DNA from: Vezdaea acicularis
Lineage: Eukaryota
NCBI GenBank assembly: GCA_026025075.1
Contig: JAPEUI010000019.1
Coordinates: 1-64,000, forward strand
Direction of reading: 5' to 3'
DNA length: 64,000 nucleotides
A program made the translations under genes and the position numbers. Below the pieces are notes generated by a model that searched no databases, had not been told where the DNA came from, and saw only the letters and a program-made list of their open reading frames with translations. Positions 22,557 to 33,821 of the stretch are shown one piece after another. The number at the start of each line of letters is the position of its first letter. Positions within the stretch are counted from its first letter, which is position 1.

Positions 22557-24390
22557 ATGAAGTACGTTTTAGTTTCCGGCGGGGTGATCAGCGGGATCGG
22601 CAAGGGCGTCATCGCCTCTTCCACCGGATTACTCTTGAAAACCACGGGGCTGCGGGTGACCTCGATCAAAGTGGATCCCTACCTCAACATCGATGCCGGG
22701 ACCATGTCGCCGACCGAGCACGGCGAAGTGTTTGTCCTGGACGACGGCGGCGAGGTCGACCTCGACCTGGGCAATTATGAGAGATATTTGAACATCACTC
22801 TTAAGCGCGAGAACAACATCACGACGGGCAAGATATATCAGAAGGTTCTCGAGGGCGAGCGGAGGGGGGATTACTTGGGTCGCACGGTTCAGGTCATTCC
22901 GCATATCACGGATGCCATTCAAGACTGGATACAGCGCGTCGCGAGGGTGCCGGTCGACGATACGAATGAGACGCCGGATGTCTGTATCATTGAGCTGGGC
23001 GGGACCGTGGGGGATATGGAGAACTCCCATTTCGTCGAGGCGCTGAGGCAGCTGAGGCGGAGGGCAGGCAAAGATAACTTCATGCAAGTACATGTCTCAC
23101 TGGTCCCCATCGTCAACGGCGAGCAGAAGACAAAGCCCACGCAGCAGGCGGTTCGAGATGTACGGAGTGCTGGGTTGAGTCCCGATCTTGTAAGTTCTCT
23201 TCTCGACACTCCGCTAAGCATTTCGGACTGATGAACATTAGATTGCATGCCGCTGCGATTTCCCGCTTGAGAAGGAAGCCATAGAAAAGATTGCGCTCTT
23301 CTGCCAGGTTGAGCCAAACCAGGTCTTGGCGGTTCACAACGTCTCTCCTACATACCGGGTGCCCCTCCTCCTCGAGTCCCAAAACCTCATCCCTCTCCTG
23401 AGCGAAGGCCTCAACCTCCCCGCCCTCACCATCCCACCTAAGCTCCTCACGCAGGGAAAGCAGATCCTGCACGCATGGAAGAACCTGATCAACGCCCAAG
23501 ACCGCCTCTACGAAGAAGTGACCATCGCCCTAGTCGGAAAGTACAAGAACCACAAAGAATCCTACCTCTCCGTCATCAAATCCCTCGAGCACGCCAGCAT
23601 GCACTGCAACCGCAAACTAAACCTCATCTACATCGACGGGGCCCACCTCGAGCCCCTCAGCCCCGAGACCAAATCGCACACGCCCGCCGACCACCACAAA
23701 GCCTGGCACGCGCTCTGCACCGCCTCTGGCGTCCTCATCCCCGGAGGCTTTGGCGCCCGCGGCACCGAGGGCATGATCGCTGCCGCCAAGTGGGCCCGCG
23801 AGAATCATAAACCCTTCCTGGGCATCTGTCTGGGGCTGCAAATCGCAGTGATCGAGTACGCGCGCAACGTGTGCGGAATCGCGTCGGCGAGCTCCATCGA
23901 GCTGTTCGAGCGCTGCCCGGACCCCGTCGTCGTCTTCATGCCCGAGATCAGCAAGGAGCACATGGGCGGCACCATGCGCCTCGGCATCCGCGCCACGCAT
24001 TTCCAGCCCGGCACCTCCTGGTCGAAGCTGCGCCGACTCTACGGCGACGTCGAGGTCATCCATGAGCGCCATCGCCATCGCTACGAGGTCAATCCCTCCT
24101 ATATCGAGCGCTTGACCAAGGCCGGCTGCCATTTCATCGGGAAGGACGATTCCGGCGAGCGCATGGAAGTGCTCGAGCTGAAGGACCATCCCTATTTCGT
24201 GGCCGTCCAGTTCCATCCGGAGTACCTCAGTCGCGTGCTCGAGCCCAGCGTGCCCTATCTGGGCTTCATCGCTACGGCGGCGGGCTTACTGGAGGAGGTC
24301 TCGCTGAAGAAGGGGGGTATGGTCAATGGGCACGCGGCGACGAATGGCGTTAATGGCATTGCGGATGGGATGGATGGGATTCGCATTTGA
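22557..24390 (+). CDS. URA7: CTP synthase (intron 23190-23241)
   Basis: [58 protein letters not shown] and QFHPEY. Confidence 0.98.
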
Positions 24391-24957
24391 CGGCCCTGGA
24401 GAGAGATAGGGAGAGAACGAGAAAGAGAGAGGTGGACATGGACTCTTGAGATCTGAGGTGGGGAGCCTGGTAGCTTCCTGCACGGGTCCTGGAAGGGGCG
24501 TCGGAGGTGTCTGCTATTGATTGATTTACAATGCATGGGCGTTACGCGGGGGAACTGATCTGCATGATAAAAAGCTAGTTTCGCATATAGAAACGGCTTT
24601 ACGCTACCAAAAGACCGCGAGATCCTCTCAAAATGGATACCACGTTTAGAATGGCGATCGGTTCTTCGTGCTGCTCTTGCTACGGGCCCTATGGACTCTG
24701 CTCCCCTAGGCCGCCGCTTGGGCCGGCGTGACTACGACTCTTAAACGAGTCGTGAATAGTTGTGCTTCTGTGCGATAACATTTCTCCGTCTGGACAATGC
24801 GCTCGCTGGTCCGTCTGCTCTTGCGCTGATTGCATTGCTGCCAAACTGTACCTTGAGGTGTTGTGTTGTTCGGGCTCGAGCGGCCTGGCGTTCTGACTTT
24901 GGCTAGCAAATCGACCTGATGCGTCCCTGAGGGTGATAACAACACCTGGATTCTGGC

Positions 24958-26414
24958 TCACGAGTCGTCCCTGGTATTCTTGATTGCCTGACCAGCGTCT
25001 ACCGTCTTCTGGCCCACGTACTCCACCGCCGCGCCTCCAGTCCTAGCAAGTCCCTCTTTTGCATCTCCCACCTTCTCCCTCGCACTCTCCGTGACTTCAC
25101 CCGCAGTCTTCATTCCTTTCTGCATGCCGTTCTTTGCCATCTCTGGTGCACCGGACAACATCTCTTTACCCCTTTCCAGCCGCTCTGAAGCAGTCCCTCT
25201 AAGCGCCTCCGCCGTCCCCACAGCGCGCTCACCCGCAGCTTTCGCTAGCTCGCTGGGGCTCGGATAGCGCTTCAGAAGCTTGAGAATTACATAGTAGGCG
25301 TGGATGATGAATTTGTGGATAAAGTCCTTGACCATCATGGTAATTCCGTTACTGAAGAAGCCTTTCAGGACCTCACCGCCTAAGCCCTCGTACAATGCCA
25401 TTACACCCTCCGTACGGGCGATATGCAGTACCATTGCCAGCGGGGTGCTCGGTGTTGTTGTGGCAGTCGGACCAGAGTCGCTGCGTGTCTTCGAGGCCGT
25501 CTGTGCACGCGCCTTGGCGAGTGAAAAGGGGTAAGTGATGCTACTCGCGATGGCCTTGCTGACCGCCGCGAGTAGGAAAGTTGCGCGCGCGCCTGGATTA
25601 TCTCGTTGGGTCCTGGGGAGGATGGCGCGTTTGAAGAAGTTGAAGAAGAAGAAGGTCAGGCTCGGATTGAGCGTTAGGATCAGGCTTGCAGAGTAGCCGG
25701 CCCAGAACCCGGCTAGGCCTTTAGAGGCGTAGATGTCTTTCGAGATGGCGGATATGCTGGGGGCTTTGGCGGTCTCGGAGGAGGTAGAGCGTGCGGCTAG
25801 CATCGAGGCGGTTTGCTTCCTGGTGACGACGTTGGCAATGGGCGTTGTGATGGCTTTGGCAAAGGCGCCGGCGAGGGCGCCAACGCTTAGTTCGTCTAGG
25901 ACCGAGAGGTTCTTTGCTACTCCACTGGCTCCAGCTCCACCTACTCTCCTGAGTCGGCGCGTGCGGAGGCTGTTGTACACGAAGAAGAAGAGGAAGCTGT
26001 CTAAGATGCTCTTTCCGGTGTCTTCGAGCACGCCGCCATAGAAGGCCGAAAGGCCGCCTTCATTGTGGTAGATCTTGCGGATCGCATCTTGAAGGCCGGC
26101 GTACTCGTCGTCTCTTGGTGCTGCTTTATCGCTGGTTACTTCACGGAGCTGCCGTTGGACTTGTAGACGGGTGATGACTAGGTCGAGGGGGAAGACGGAG
26201 AGGTTCGAGACGGCGCTCCCTATTGAGCCGGCTAGGGCGTGGCCAAGGGCGGGGAGGGTGGGACCGCCTGCTATGGAGTGAGAGCTTGGAGAGTCTTCGT
26301 GGGCTTTGTGATATAAGGAGAAAGCGTCCTATTAGAAGGGGTCAATAAGGCAGAAGTAAGCGAAGGAAATCGGTCATTATGGCATACGAGCTGGCTATTA
26401 TATACAAATGCCAT
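24958..26414 (-). CDS. ANT1: Peroxisomal adenine nucleotide transporter (mitochondrial carrier family)
   Basis: MAFVYNSQL|DAFSLYH start, LPALGHALAG...PLDLVITRLQVQ, TTPIANVVTRKQ, GFWAGYSASLILTLNPSLT and YPFSLAKARAQ. Confidence 0.88.
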
Positions 26415-27025
26415 AACTAGGTCTCGGAGGCCAAGGGCCGAGGCAAATATGGGATTCCAGTTGTCCTTGGAAGAGAGTTCTGGTCAAGAAAGCATGTAGC
26501 TAGCGCCCAATCTCAGCTGTTACGGAGACTCCGAGTGGCCGAGTGCCTGATTGCAGCTGTGCTGGCGCTGGCCAGTGCAGGAGACAGTTATTTTATGTTC
26601 TGCGTATGACAGATCCACAATTTCTTCAGCCAGAACATCACGCAGGGAGTGACGCTTCTATATGTATGAAGGGGTATCAGTGGCTTTACCGAGGTTCCCA
26701 AGTGCGATGTCCTTGCTCGAGGTTGCAGTCATAGGTCCACCCAGCCATCACGTCACTGAGCTCGTATAAGACTACAAGAAGACAAGCCCCATATCAAACA
26801 AATACTTATTCAAAAAGTGGGCTTCTTAATTGCCCTGTTATACAAGAATGTGAAGGATTGGGTATGAAATTGGACGAAGGTATCTCACGACGTCATTGCC
26901 GAGCCTCCTGAAGAGACCCCAAGGATCTCGGCTACACTTGCCCCTATCCAAGACCTCACAAACAACAATCTCCATGAGCCATCTTCTTCTGCATGCCGTT
27001 TCATTGCCGAAACAAGGAGCGCTGC

Positions 27026-28383
27026 TCATAGAATTGTTTCCGCTGAACGATCTTTGAGACGCTCTACAAGCTCCGTCCCTGAATGCCCATCCTTCTCTCC
27101 GGACCCTTGCTCCGAATCTTGATTGGTGCCAAGCAGCCTTCTGATGATCGAAATGTCCACGCGTCGCAGAACCTCGTACGGAATAGGGTGAACTTCCTTA
27201 TCCAAGTACGGCATGCCATCTTCATCAACCTCGGAGTCTGGGTCGTGCTCAGAGCCATTATGCCCGAGCAGAAGACTAAACCGCGAGGATCGCGCGGGCG
27301 CGGGCGTTTGTAGTTGCTCATTGCGCCCGTTATCAACTGCTGTTTGATAGAGATCGGACATTTTCTCTTTCCATTGTTGAACGAGGGTTTCGTAGCTTGC
27401 CTACAAAAGCTTCATCAGCTTGTCCTATTATCTGGACGGTTTTTGCTGGCCAAAGTGGTGTGAGGCATTGTCGTCCGCTAGGACGCGGTTTTGTTACTTA
27501 CATGGTACACCATGACCTTGCGCTCCATTTTCTTCTTCGAGTACTTCAGCGCTTTGACCTTTGCCAGCATCTTCTTATATTCCGCCTGGTTCCTCACGAT
27601 ACCCACCGCCTCGTGAATCCTACAGTTATTCTCATCGATGAGTTGGTAGACCCATCCTTCCTCTAGCTTGAACTTATGAATATCTTGCGCCGCGGAAAGC
27701 CCACCCATCGGCATCCAGTCCTTGAGGCTGTGCACAAAGTAATCAAGCGTGTCCGTATACCGGAAGTGGAGGTTTATTCTGCTGATGGCTATGCTCTCCA
27801 TATCAAGACTTTGTATCAAAGTGACCCTGTACTCCGGGACTTTCTCCGGCAGGGGCGCATTGTCCTTAGCAGCTAGACAGACCATTTTCTCTTTGATACT
27901 CTTTTCCTTATACTTTTCAAAGGGTATATTTGCCGCCGCCAAGCGCTCGTGCACCACTTCTATTGCTTGAGGCCACAGCGCTTGGTAGTCGCTCTGCATC
28001 TTCAGGAGCTCCTGCATACGCATATGGTCTCGATCGCCTTCGGCTATGGCGGCGAGGAGATCTTGGCCGCTGAGCAAGTCTTGTTCCGTCGATAAGGGAC
28101 AGCCTTGAACAATGTCTTCCAGAGAGCGAGAGACGCCGTCAACGAGACCGGTGTCGCCCTGGAGGTAGAGCAACTCCATCATGCAATCAACAAAGGACTC
28201 GGGGGTAATGGGTGGCATATCGGGCTTGGGGACGGGTTCGCTCCCTACCACGTTTTGAGGTGAGGTGGCTTGGGGTTCAGGGACTGCACGCATCGTATCT
28301 TTCGAGACTTCTTCATTCGGTGCTGGGCTGGACGATCTTGCCTGCCATTCTGCTGGAAGTAACCTGGGATAACTTCGACCCAT
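27026..28383 (-). CDS. Orphan protein (~418 aa; exons 28383-27502 and 27400-27026)
   Basis: Two ORFs are joined in frame by a canonical intron (GTAAGT...GCTGAT...TGTAG, 27501-27401). No family recognised. Confidence 0.7.
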
Positions 28384-28760
28384 GACATATAGTGAGTGTC
28401 TTCTTTTGGGTGTGATATATGTTTAAAGAAAAAATGACAACAGGAAAGATTTGTCTGTGAAGCTAAGTACTTTATGAACAGGTCTCTAGTCTGAACATAA
28501 GTGATACTACATCAATGTATTGAGCTTGTCCAAAGGAAGTGTTTTGCGAAAACATGTCGCCTAAAACGGATCGAAGTTCGTGGAAAGCGAGAGGCACGAA
28601 GTGATATCTCATCGGCATTCTTTCCAATACCAACGTTTTCCAATGAGCGTTCGTTGGCTCCTCGCCGTCGAACCTATATACCGGGTCCCTTGACTTCCGA
28701 CATCGATATTATCGAGACTCTCCAAAACCACCCACCACAGTCTTACTCCCTCCCACACTC

Positions 28761-30593
28761 TCACGCCTCCCTCCATCTCCTCAGCGCGTCTGTCAGATCA
28801 TACGACCAACAAACGCCCCCTCCCATCCCGTCCGCCACATACCAATTTCCAAACACCGGAATCCCAAGCCACTCGGTACGTGTCAGCAACATCGGTCTGC
28901 TCATGAACCCAGTCTCTGGCCTCTCGCCGCTCCGGCGCCATTGCGGCAGGCCCATCTTCTTGCGCAGGGCCTTGCGCCCTTTGGAGATGAGGCGGTACGA
29001 GGGGTTGCGGCCATCTAGGACTGAGGGCTGAGGGTGGTAGACCGTGGGGATGGCGATTAGGATCAGAGGTTGGAGCTGGGGCGCTGATTCGGGCTCTGGT
29101 GCTGGTTCTTGGTCTGATACTGGGTGTGGCGCTGACTCATACTCTACCTCTACGATTAGTGCTGGCATTGGCTCCGGCACTGATGCCAGTACTGGTGCAG
29201 GCTTCGACTTCAGCTCCGGCTCCGGTCCTGGTCCTGGTTCGGGGTCTGCTTGGAGCGTCAATTTCGCCTCTTGCTCCCGCTCCCTCTCCAGCTTTGATAC
29301 GAGCTCCTGCTCTAGCTTTAACTTTAGCTCCCGCTCTTGCTTCAACTTCAACTTCGCCCTCCGCTTTGCCTTCCAATTAGACTTCGGCTTCGGCTCCGGC
29401 GTCGACTCCGCCTTCGCCTTCGTTCCTGGCTTCGAGTCGGATCCCGGTGGCGGCTCTGTTCTTGGCTCTAACACTGTACCCCTTTCTCGAGCCACCACCA
29501 CCTCCTCCCTCTTTGCCTCATCCGCCTCCCAAATTCTTGGCACATACAACTCTCCATCGACAACGATATGCAACGGCACGCCCACCTTCAACTTCGGAAG
29601 GTACGATTCGCACTTTATCCGCCACAGCGCCAGTTGCCCCACTCTCTGCCTGTCATCTCTTTGCATCGCCGTTGGCACCGGTATCCCCCATTCCAGCTCC
29701 AAGCAGGCGCGTGGCTCGAGCTTAGAGGGCGCGCTATGCCGCCTCTTTCGTGGTATTCTTTGTGCGGAGTTAGACTCAAGAGAGTGAGCAGGAAGAGCTT
29801 GGAGAGAGGGAACGGGCGGTTCCTTGCTGAGCTGGATGCTCTGACTGGCAATCCCTCCCTCGTCCTGTTTGTCCGGAGTATCGGACGGAGAGGATACAGA
29901 ATCTGCAGGCGTGTCTGATGAGCATGAGCTCCTCCTACCACAAACCTCGTGAGGCCCTGTGCTCAGGAAGTCGGTCGTGTCCACTTGCGGTCCAGTTGAC
30001 GAGGACGGAGCAGAAAAGGGATAACTATCCTCCGAGTCCAACTCAGGCGTGAACTGCGACCCCAACTCATTTCGAGAAGCCGACGACGACGGACTTGCCC
30101 CGCCATTCCCCGCCCTCCCATCACCAGAGCTGTCCCAGCGAGAAAGTCCCACGTCGTCCACAAATCCCTGCTTGTATGGCGAACGCAGCGATTCCGTATG
30201 ACTGCTACGAGAGCGGCAGTGACTCCCACGACAACACCACCCGCTCCCGACAAGCTGCCACGAAAAGGGGCTTCCATCGTCGTAGTCAAAACATCCAGCA
30301 CACTCCACATGGTCCTCCTCGCCACGGTGAGTATGTGGCGGATGCATGCTTTCCCGGAGAATTTCCTTTGTCTTCAAGAGCTGCAGCGCGCTCCGCAAGA
30401 GCCTTGGTGATGGGCCTTCATTGGGTGCTCTCGCGGCTTTATTGGGGCGCGGAGCTGGCTGGCGTTGGATATACGGTTTTTTGCGGGCGCGGGCCATGGC
30501 GGGGTGCGTGATGCGGGCTTGTTGTTGGTGGTGTCTGCTGGAGGTCGTGAAGAGAGGGGATGGGTGCGTGGTACTGGATTTGAGGCGGTGCAT
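28761..30593 (-). CDS. Orphan low-complexity protein (Cys/His cluster, Ser-rich, KLE and PE repeats)
   Basis: 610-codon intronless ORF with a TATA-like TATATA near 30650. The start could instead be the MARARKK ATG about 30 codons in. Confidence 0.65.
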   Translation of the reverse strand: MHRLKSSTTHPSPLFTTSSRHHQQQARITHPAMARARKKPYIQRQPAPRPNKAARAPNEGPSPRLLRSALQLLKTKEILRESMHPPHTHRGEEDHVECAGCFDYDDGSPFSWQLVGSGWCCRGSHCRSRSSHTESLRSPYKQGFVDDVGLSRWDSSGDGRAGNGGASPSSSASRNELGSQFTPELDSEDSYPFSAPSSSTGPQVDTTDFLSTGPHEVCGRRSSCSSDTPADSVSSPSDTPDKQDEGGIASQSIQLSKEPPVPSLQALPAHSLESNSAQRIPRKRRHSAPSKLEPRACLELEWGIPVPTAMQRDDRQRVGQLALWRIKCESYLPKLKVGVPLHIVVDGELYVPRIWEADEAKREEVVVARERGTVLEPRTEPPPGSDSKPGTKAKAESTPEPKPKSNWKAKRRAKLKLKQERELKLKLEQELVSKLEREREQEAKLTLQADPEPGPGPEPELKSKPAPVLASVPEPMPALIVEVEYESAPHPVSDQEPAPEPESAPQLQPLILIAIPTVYHPQPSVLDGRNPSYRLISKGRKALRKKMGLPQWRRSGERPETGFMSRPMLLTRTEWLGIPVFGNWYVADGMGGGVCWSYDLTDALRRWREA

Positions 30594-31192
30594 GTAGCTG
30601 GCGATGAAGGGTTTGTGTGAGTGTGTGAGGAGGTGGGGGGGGGAGAGTATATATACAGTTTCAAAAGAGCGTGGGAAGAGCTTGCGTCTTTCGGTGCGAG
30701 TAATTAATAGAGTGGGGTCTTGTAGTGGATAGATGGAGTATCAAAGAGTGGGGTTAGTAAGTATATCATGTAGAACCAGCGGTACCGGGAGGCTTCTGGG
30801 GTTGCCTTCAAGTATCTACTCCACTTATGGGGGAAAGTGGGGCGCGGGAAAGCGCTAAGGGCGTGCCAGGAAGGCTCAACTTAGGGGTACGAGAGAGATG
30901 TCGGAATGGGGGTTGGAGAAGGAAATGCTGCGTGTTGTAGCAACAAAGAGAGAAGGTGCGGTTGTGTATTACAAACATGAGCAAGAAATCGAAACTATAG
31001 ATATTCGGCCGAGAATATGCGCCCAGAAAGGTCGCCCATAAAAGGGGGTGAAACCGCGCTCTTCCCCGCCCCTTAAATACAAACAATGGTATCATGCCAA
31101 CCCCCCAAAGAGACACCAAACCCGGAAAAAACAACCTGAGTCCTCCCAAAGAACAACCGCCTAGACAGGTGAGCACGCCAGCGCGCTCCAAC

Positions 31193-32974
31193 CTACCAAG
31201 CCCGGCCCGTCACCGCTTCGGTCGCCAGCACCTCCACGCGCCGTGCATACACCTTCATCATGTGCATGACGGGGTCGCCAAAAATGACGGAGCGCAGCTG
31301 CTCATCCGAGGTAGTGCAGGCCCTGACCTCTCTGCCATCCTCCCTAGCTCTGAGCAGGACAAGGTGTCCGGCATTGCTGAGCGAGTTCGGAGGGACCGGC
31401 CAGTCGGGAGCGTTGTTGCCCGGGCGAAGGGCTAGAGCTTTCGAGGGCGAAGCTTTGGGTGGGGAGGAGCGCTTGCGATCGCGGGTTCGTGGAGGTGGAG
31501 AGGGAGTGGGGACGCCATGCGGGGTTGGGGAGGCGTATAGATCGAGGAGGCTCCTGACGTAGGTCTTGTCGGCGCGGGGGACGGGGTCTCCTTCGTTGAT
31601 CAGGCCCAGGAAAAGGAATTTTCGGTAGCGCCGCTTGTCTGGTTTTTGCAGCGGTAGTAGACTGACGGGCGGCGCGCCGAAGGTGATGCAGTGCACGCGC
31701 TTGAAGGCGCCGGTGAGGGCGGTGAGCTCGCTGTCGAGGTTCGAGAGCATGTGTGCGTAGAGGAGAGCTGCGACGGCGCCGCCGGCGCTGTGGCCGGTGA
31801 TGAGGAGGCTGCAGCCTCGCCTGTCGGGGTTCTCTTCCAGGAGCTGGCGAAGGCGCGATGCGACGGGCTTGAGCATCTTGCGGGCGACGCTAAGGAAACC
31901 GGAGTGGCAGAAGTTGCCAGGGTCGTCGAGGAAATTGGTTGGGGATGCGGGGGTGCTATTGAGGTTTACGGCCCAGTCCATGAACGTCTGGGAGCCGCGG
32001 ATAGCGAACACGATGGTGTTTTGGGAGTCGAGGGGAAGGGACTTGATGACCATCGCTTTTGTGCCTTGGCGCCAGTCAGCGGAGATGTGGAAGGAGCGCT
32101 CGGCTGACTTCGGTTTGGTGTAGACTCGGGTGGAATATTGAGCTGCGAGACAGAGAAGCGGATATGATGGCATGTAGAGTCTCAAAGGGGGCAAGTTTGG
32201 GGGGAGCCGTGAGTTGGAGTAGAGATTCGCCTTGGCGAAGTAGTTCGTGCTAGTTATGGCGTCGGAGATGGCACAATTCGCTTTGCCTGATGAAGTACTC
32301 TTCTGGGGCTTGCCTGTCGGCGCAGCTAGGGGTCTGCTCCCGCCTCGAAGCGCGGGTTGTGGCGGTGGAGGTTGGTATATGACCACTGTTTCGATCAGTC
32401 CCTTTCTATATCGCAGTAATTGTGGGGCCCACTTACTTAGGTCCTTCCGGTCCCCGCTGAACACCTCCGCATCAATAGCCGTTATGATGTCATTAAGCTT
32501 GCCATGGAGAATATCACATAGCGAAGCCCCCTGATTGAGATAACCGGTCGTCTTGTGTTGCCACTCCCGTATCCCATCGTCGAAAGCGTGTACCGGCGCA
32601 ACCATTGCAGTCGACAAGTTCGTTAACGATGTCCATCCGTTCTGCAGCCCCAATGGACAAGATTTCGAGGGCGGTGCTAGAAGGGCGAGATTAGGTTGTG
32701 ATGCGGCTGGGTGGAATTGGTACTGTGTGTGTTGAGGGGCAATGAGCGCCGTGTTAGAAATGGCGGGGTATCCATAGTTGTAAGGTGACTGCTCAAGATG
32801 CGGCGGTGGGAGTTGGGCTGGGATGGATTGAGGTACATTGTAGGATGAATAGTTTTGTTGATTAGATACCACCGAGTATGGTGGCGGGTTCGGAGAAGGC
32901 GTATATGGTATTGGAGGGTTGAGGGTGTACTGCTTCTTCTTCTGCCTCCCGGTGAAAAGGCTCATGAAACTCAT
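31193..32974 (-). CDS. Class 3 lipase family protein (in-frame intron 32386-32436)
   Basis: IVFAIRGS, HSGFL, LLITGHSAGGAVA (GxSxG), ITFGAPP and NEGDPV. Confidence 0.9.
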   Translation of the reverse strand: MSFMSLFTGRQKKKQYTLNPPIPYTPSPNPPPYSVVSNQQNYSSYNVPQSIPAQLPPPHLEQSPYNYGYPAISNTALIAPQHTQYQFHPAASQPNLALLAPPSKSCPLGLQNGWTSLTNLSTAMVAPVHAFDDGIREWQHKTTGYLNQGASLCDILHGKLNDIITAIDAEVFSGDRKDLSKWAPQLLRYRKGLIETVVIYQPPPPQPALRGGSRPLAAPTGKPQKSTSSGKANCAISDAITSTNYFAKANLYSNSRLPPNLPPLRLYMPSYPLLCLAAQYSTRVYTKPKSAERSFHISADWRQGTKAMVIKSLPLDSQNTIVFAIRGSQTFMDWAVNLNSTPASPTNFLDDPGNFCHSGFLSVARKMLKPVASRLRQLLEENPDRRGCSLLITGHSAGGAVAALLYAHMLSNLDSELTALTGAFKRVHCITFGAPPVSLLPLQKPDKRRYRKFLFLGLINEGDPVPRADKTYVRSLLDLYASPTPHGVPTPSPPPRTRDRKRSSPPKASPSKALALRPGNNAPDWPVPPNSLSNAGHLVLLRAREDGREVRACTTSDEQLRSVIFGDPVMHMMKVYARRVEVLATEAVTGRAW

Positions 32975-33821
32975 GATGGCTGCCTTATTTCCATTCTTCT
33001 CGCCCGCGCATTGATTCAGATACAGTCAAATGGCCTGCTTGAGGTTAAGAGGGAGCAAGCGACAGTTATCCCAAAATCGAGTCGTGAGTTGTTGAGTGCG
33101 TCGTTCGGCGATAAGATGTGCACGGTGCAGGCGTTTGGCCTCTCGTTCGGTGGTGTGACTCCGCCTCGTTGCTAAAAGTGGCGGCCTCATCGGAGCTTGG
33201 CACGCAGGTTCGCGAAAGAAGTCCCCATCGGTGGCCCGGGCGAGCATGGTCGAAGGAAGCCTGCAGGCAGAGCGTGAGGACAAGCCTCGTGCAGTGCCTG
33301 GAAAAGCTTGTTCGGTGGTCGCGATTGGTGCGGCCGTAACAGCCTGCAGGGAAGCCCTTGGAGAGCTTTGAGGCGATCATTGGGCGAACGCTGCGAGGCG
33401 ACGAAGGAGAAACTGGCGCGGCGAACCCGATCTCCACTCAGGTCGCAACCCCCTCACGACGAGAACCGCGATCCCGTTTACGTGCATTACAACAAAGTGC
33501 AAGGCTGGAGTTGGGTGACTGCCTTTGCATTGATAGCCTTTTGAGCCCCGCGGCGTGCGCCGGTTAGAGCACGATGCGCAACGTGCGGCTTTTACTCTAA
33601 GAGGCTGCCTCGCAGCACAGCATTGCCCACCTATAGGCACTGCCCATCCATTGCGAACGGGACTGAGGCAGAACCAAAACACGAATATATACTCCACCGC
33701 CTGATGATGATACTATGGTGTGCGAGCCTTTATATATAATCTGCGCCAGCAGTCCAACGACTTACTCCTGTTCCAGCGTACCTGTCGCATCCAAGATCTC
33801 ATCGTCGCGCAGCTGATACTA

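Noticed and set aside
24734..24753. Small hairpin ACGACTC-ttaaac-GAGTCGT in the URA7/ANT1 convergent interval (also CCCGCCGAG/CTTGGCGGG near 52085-52112)
   Set aside because: Isolated 7-9 bp stems are expected by chance in 64 kb.
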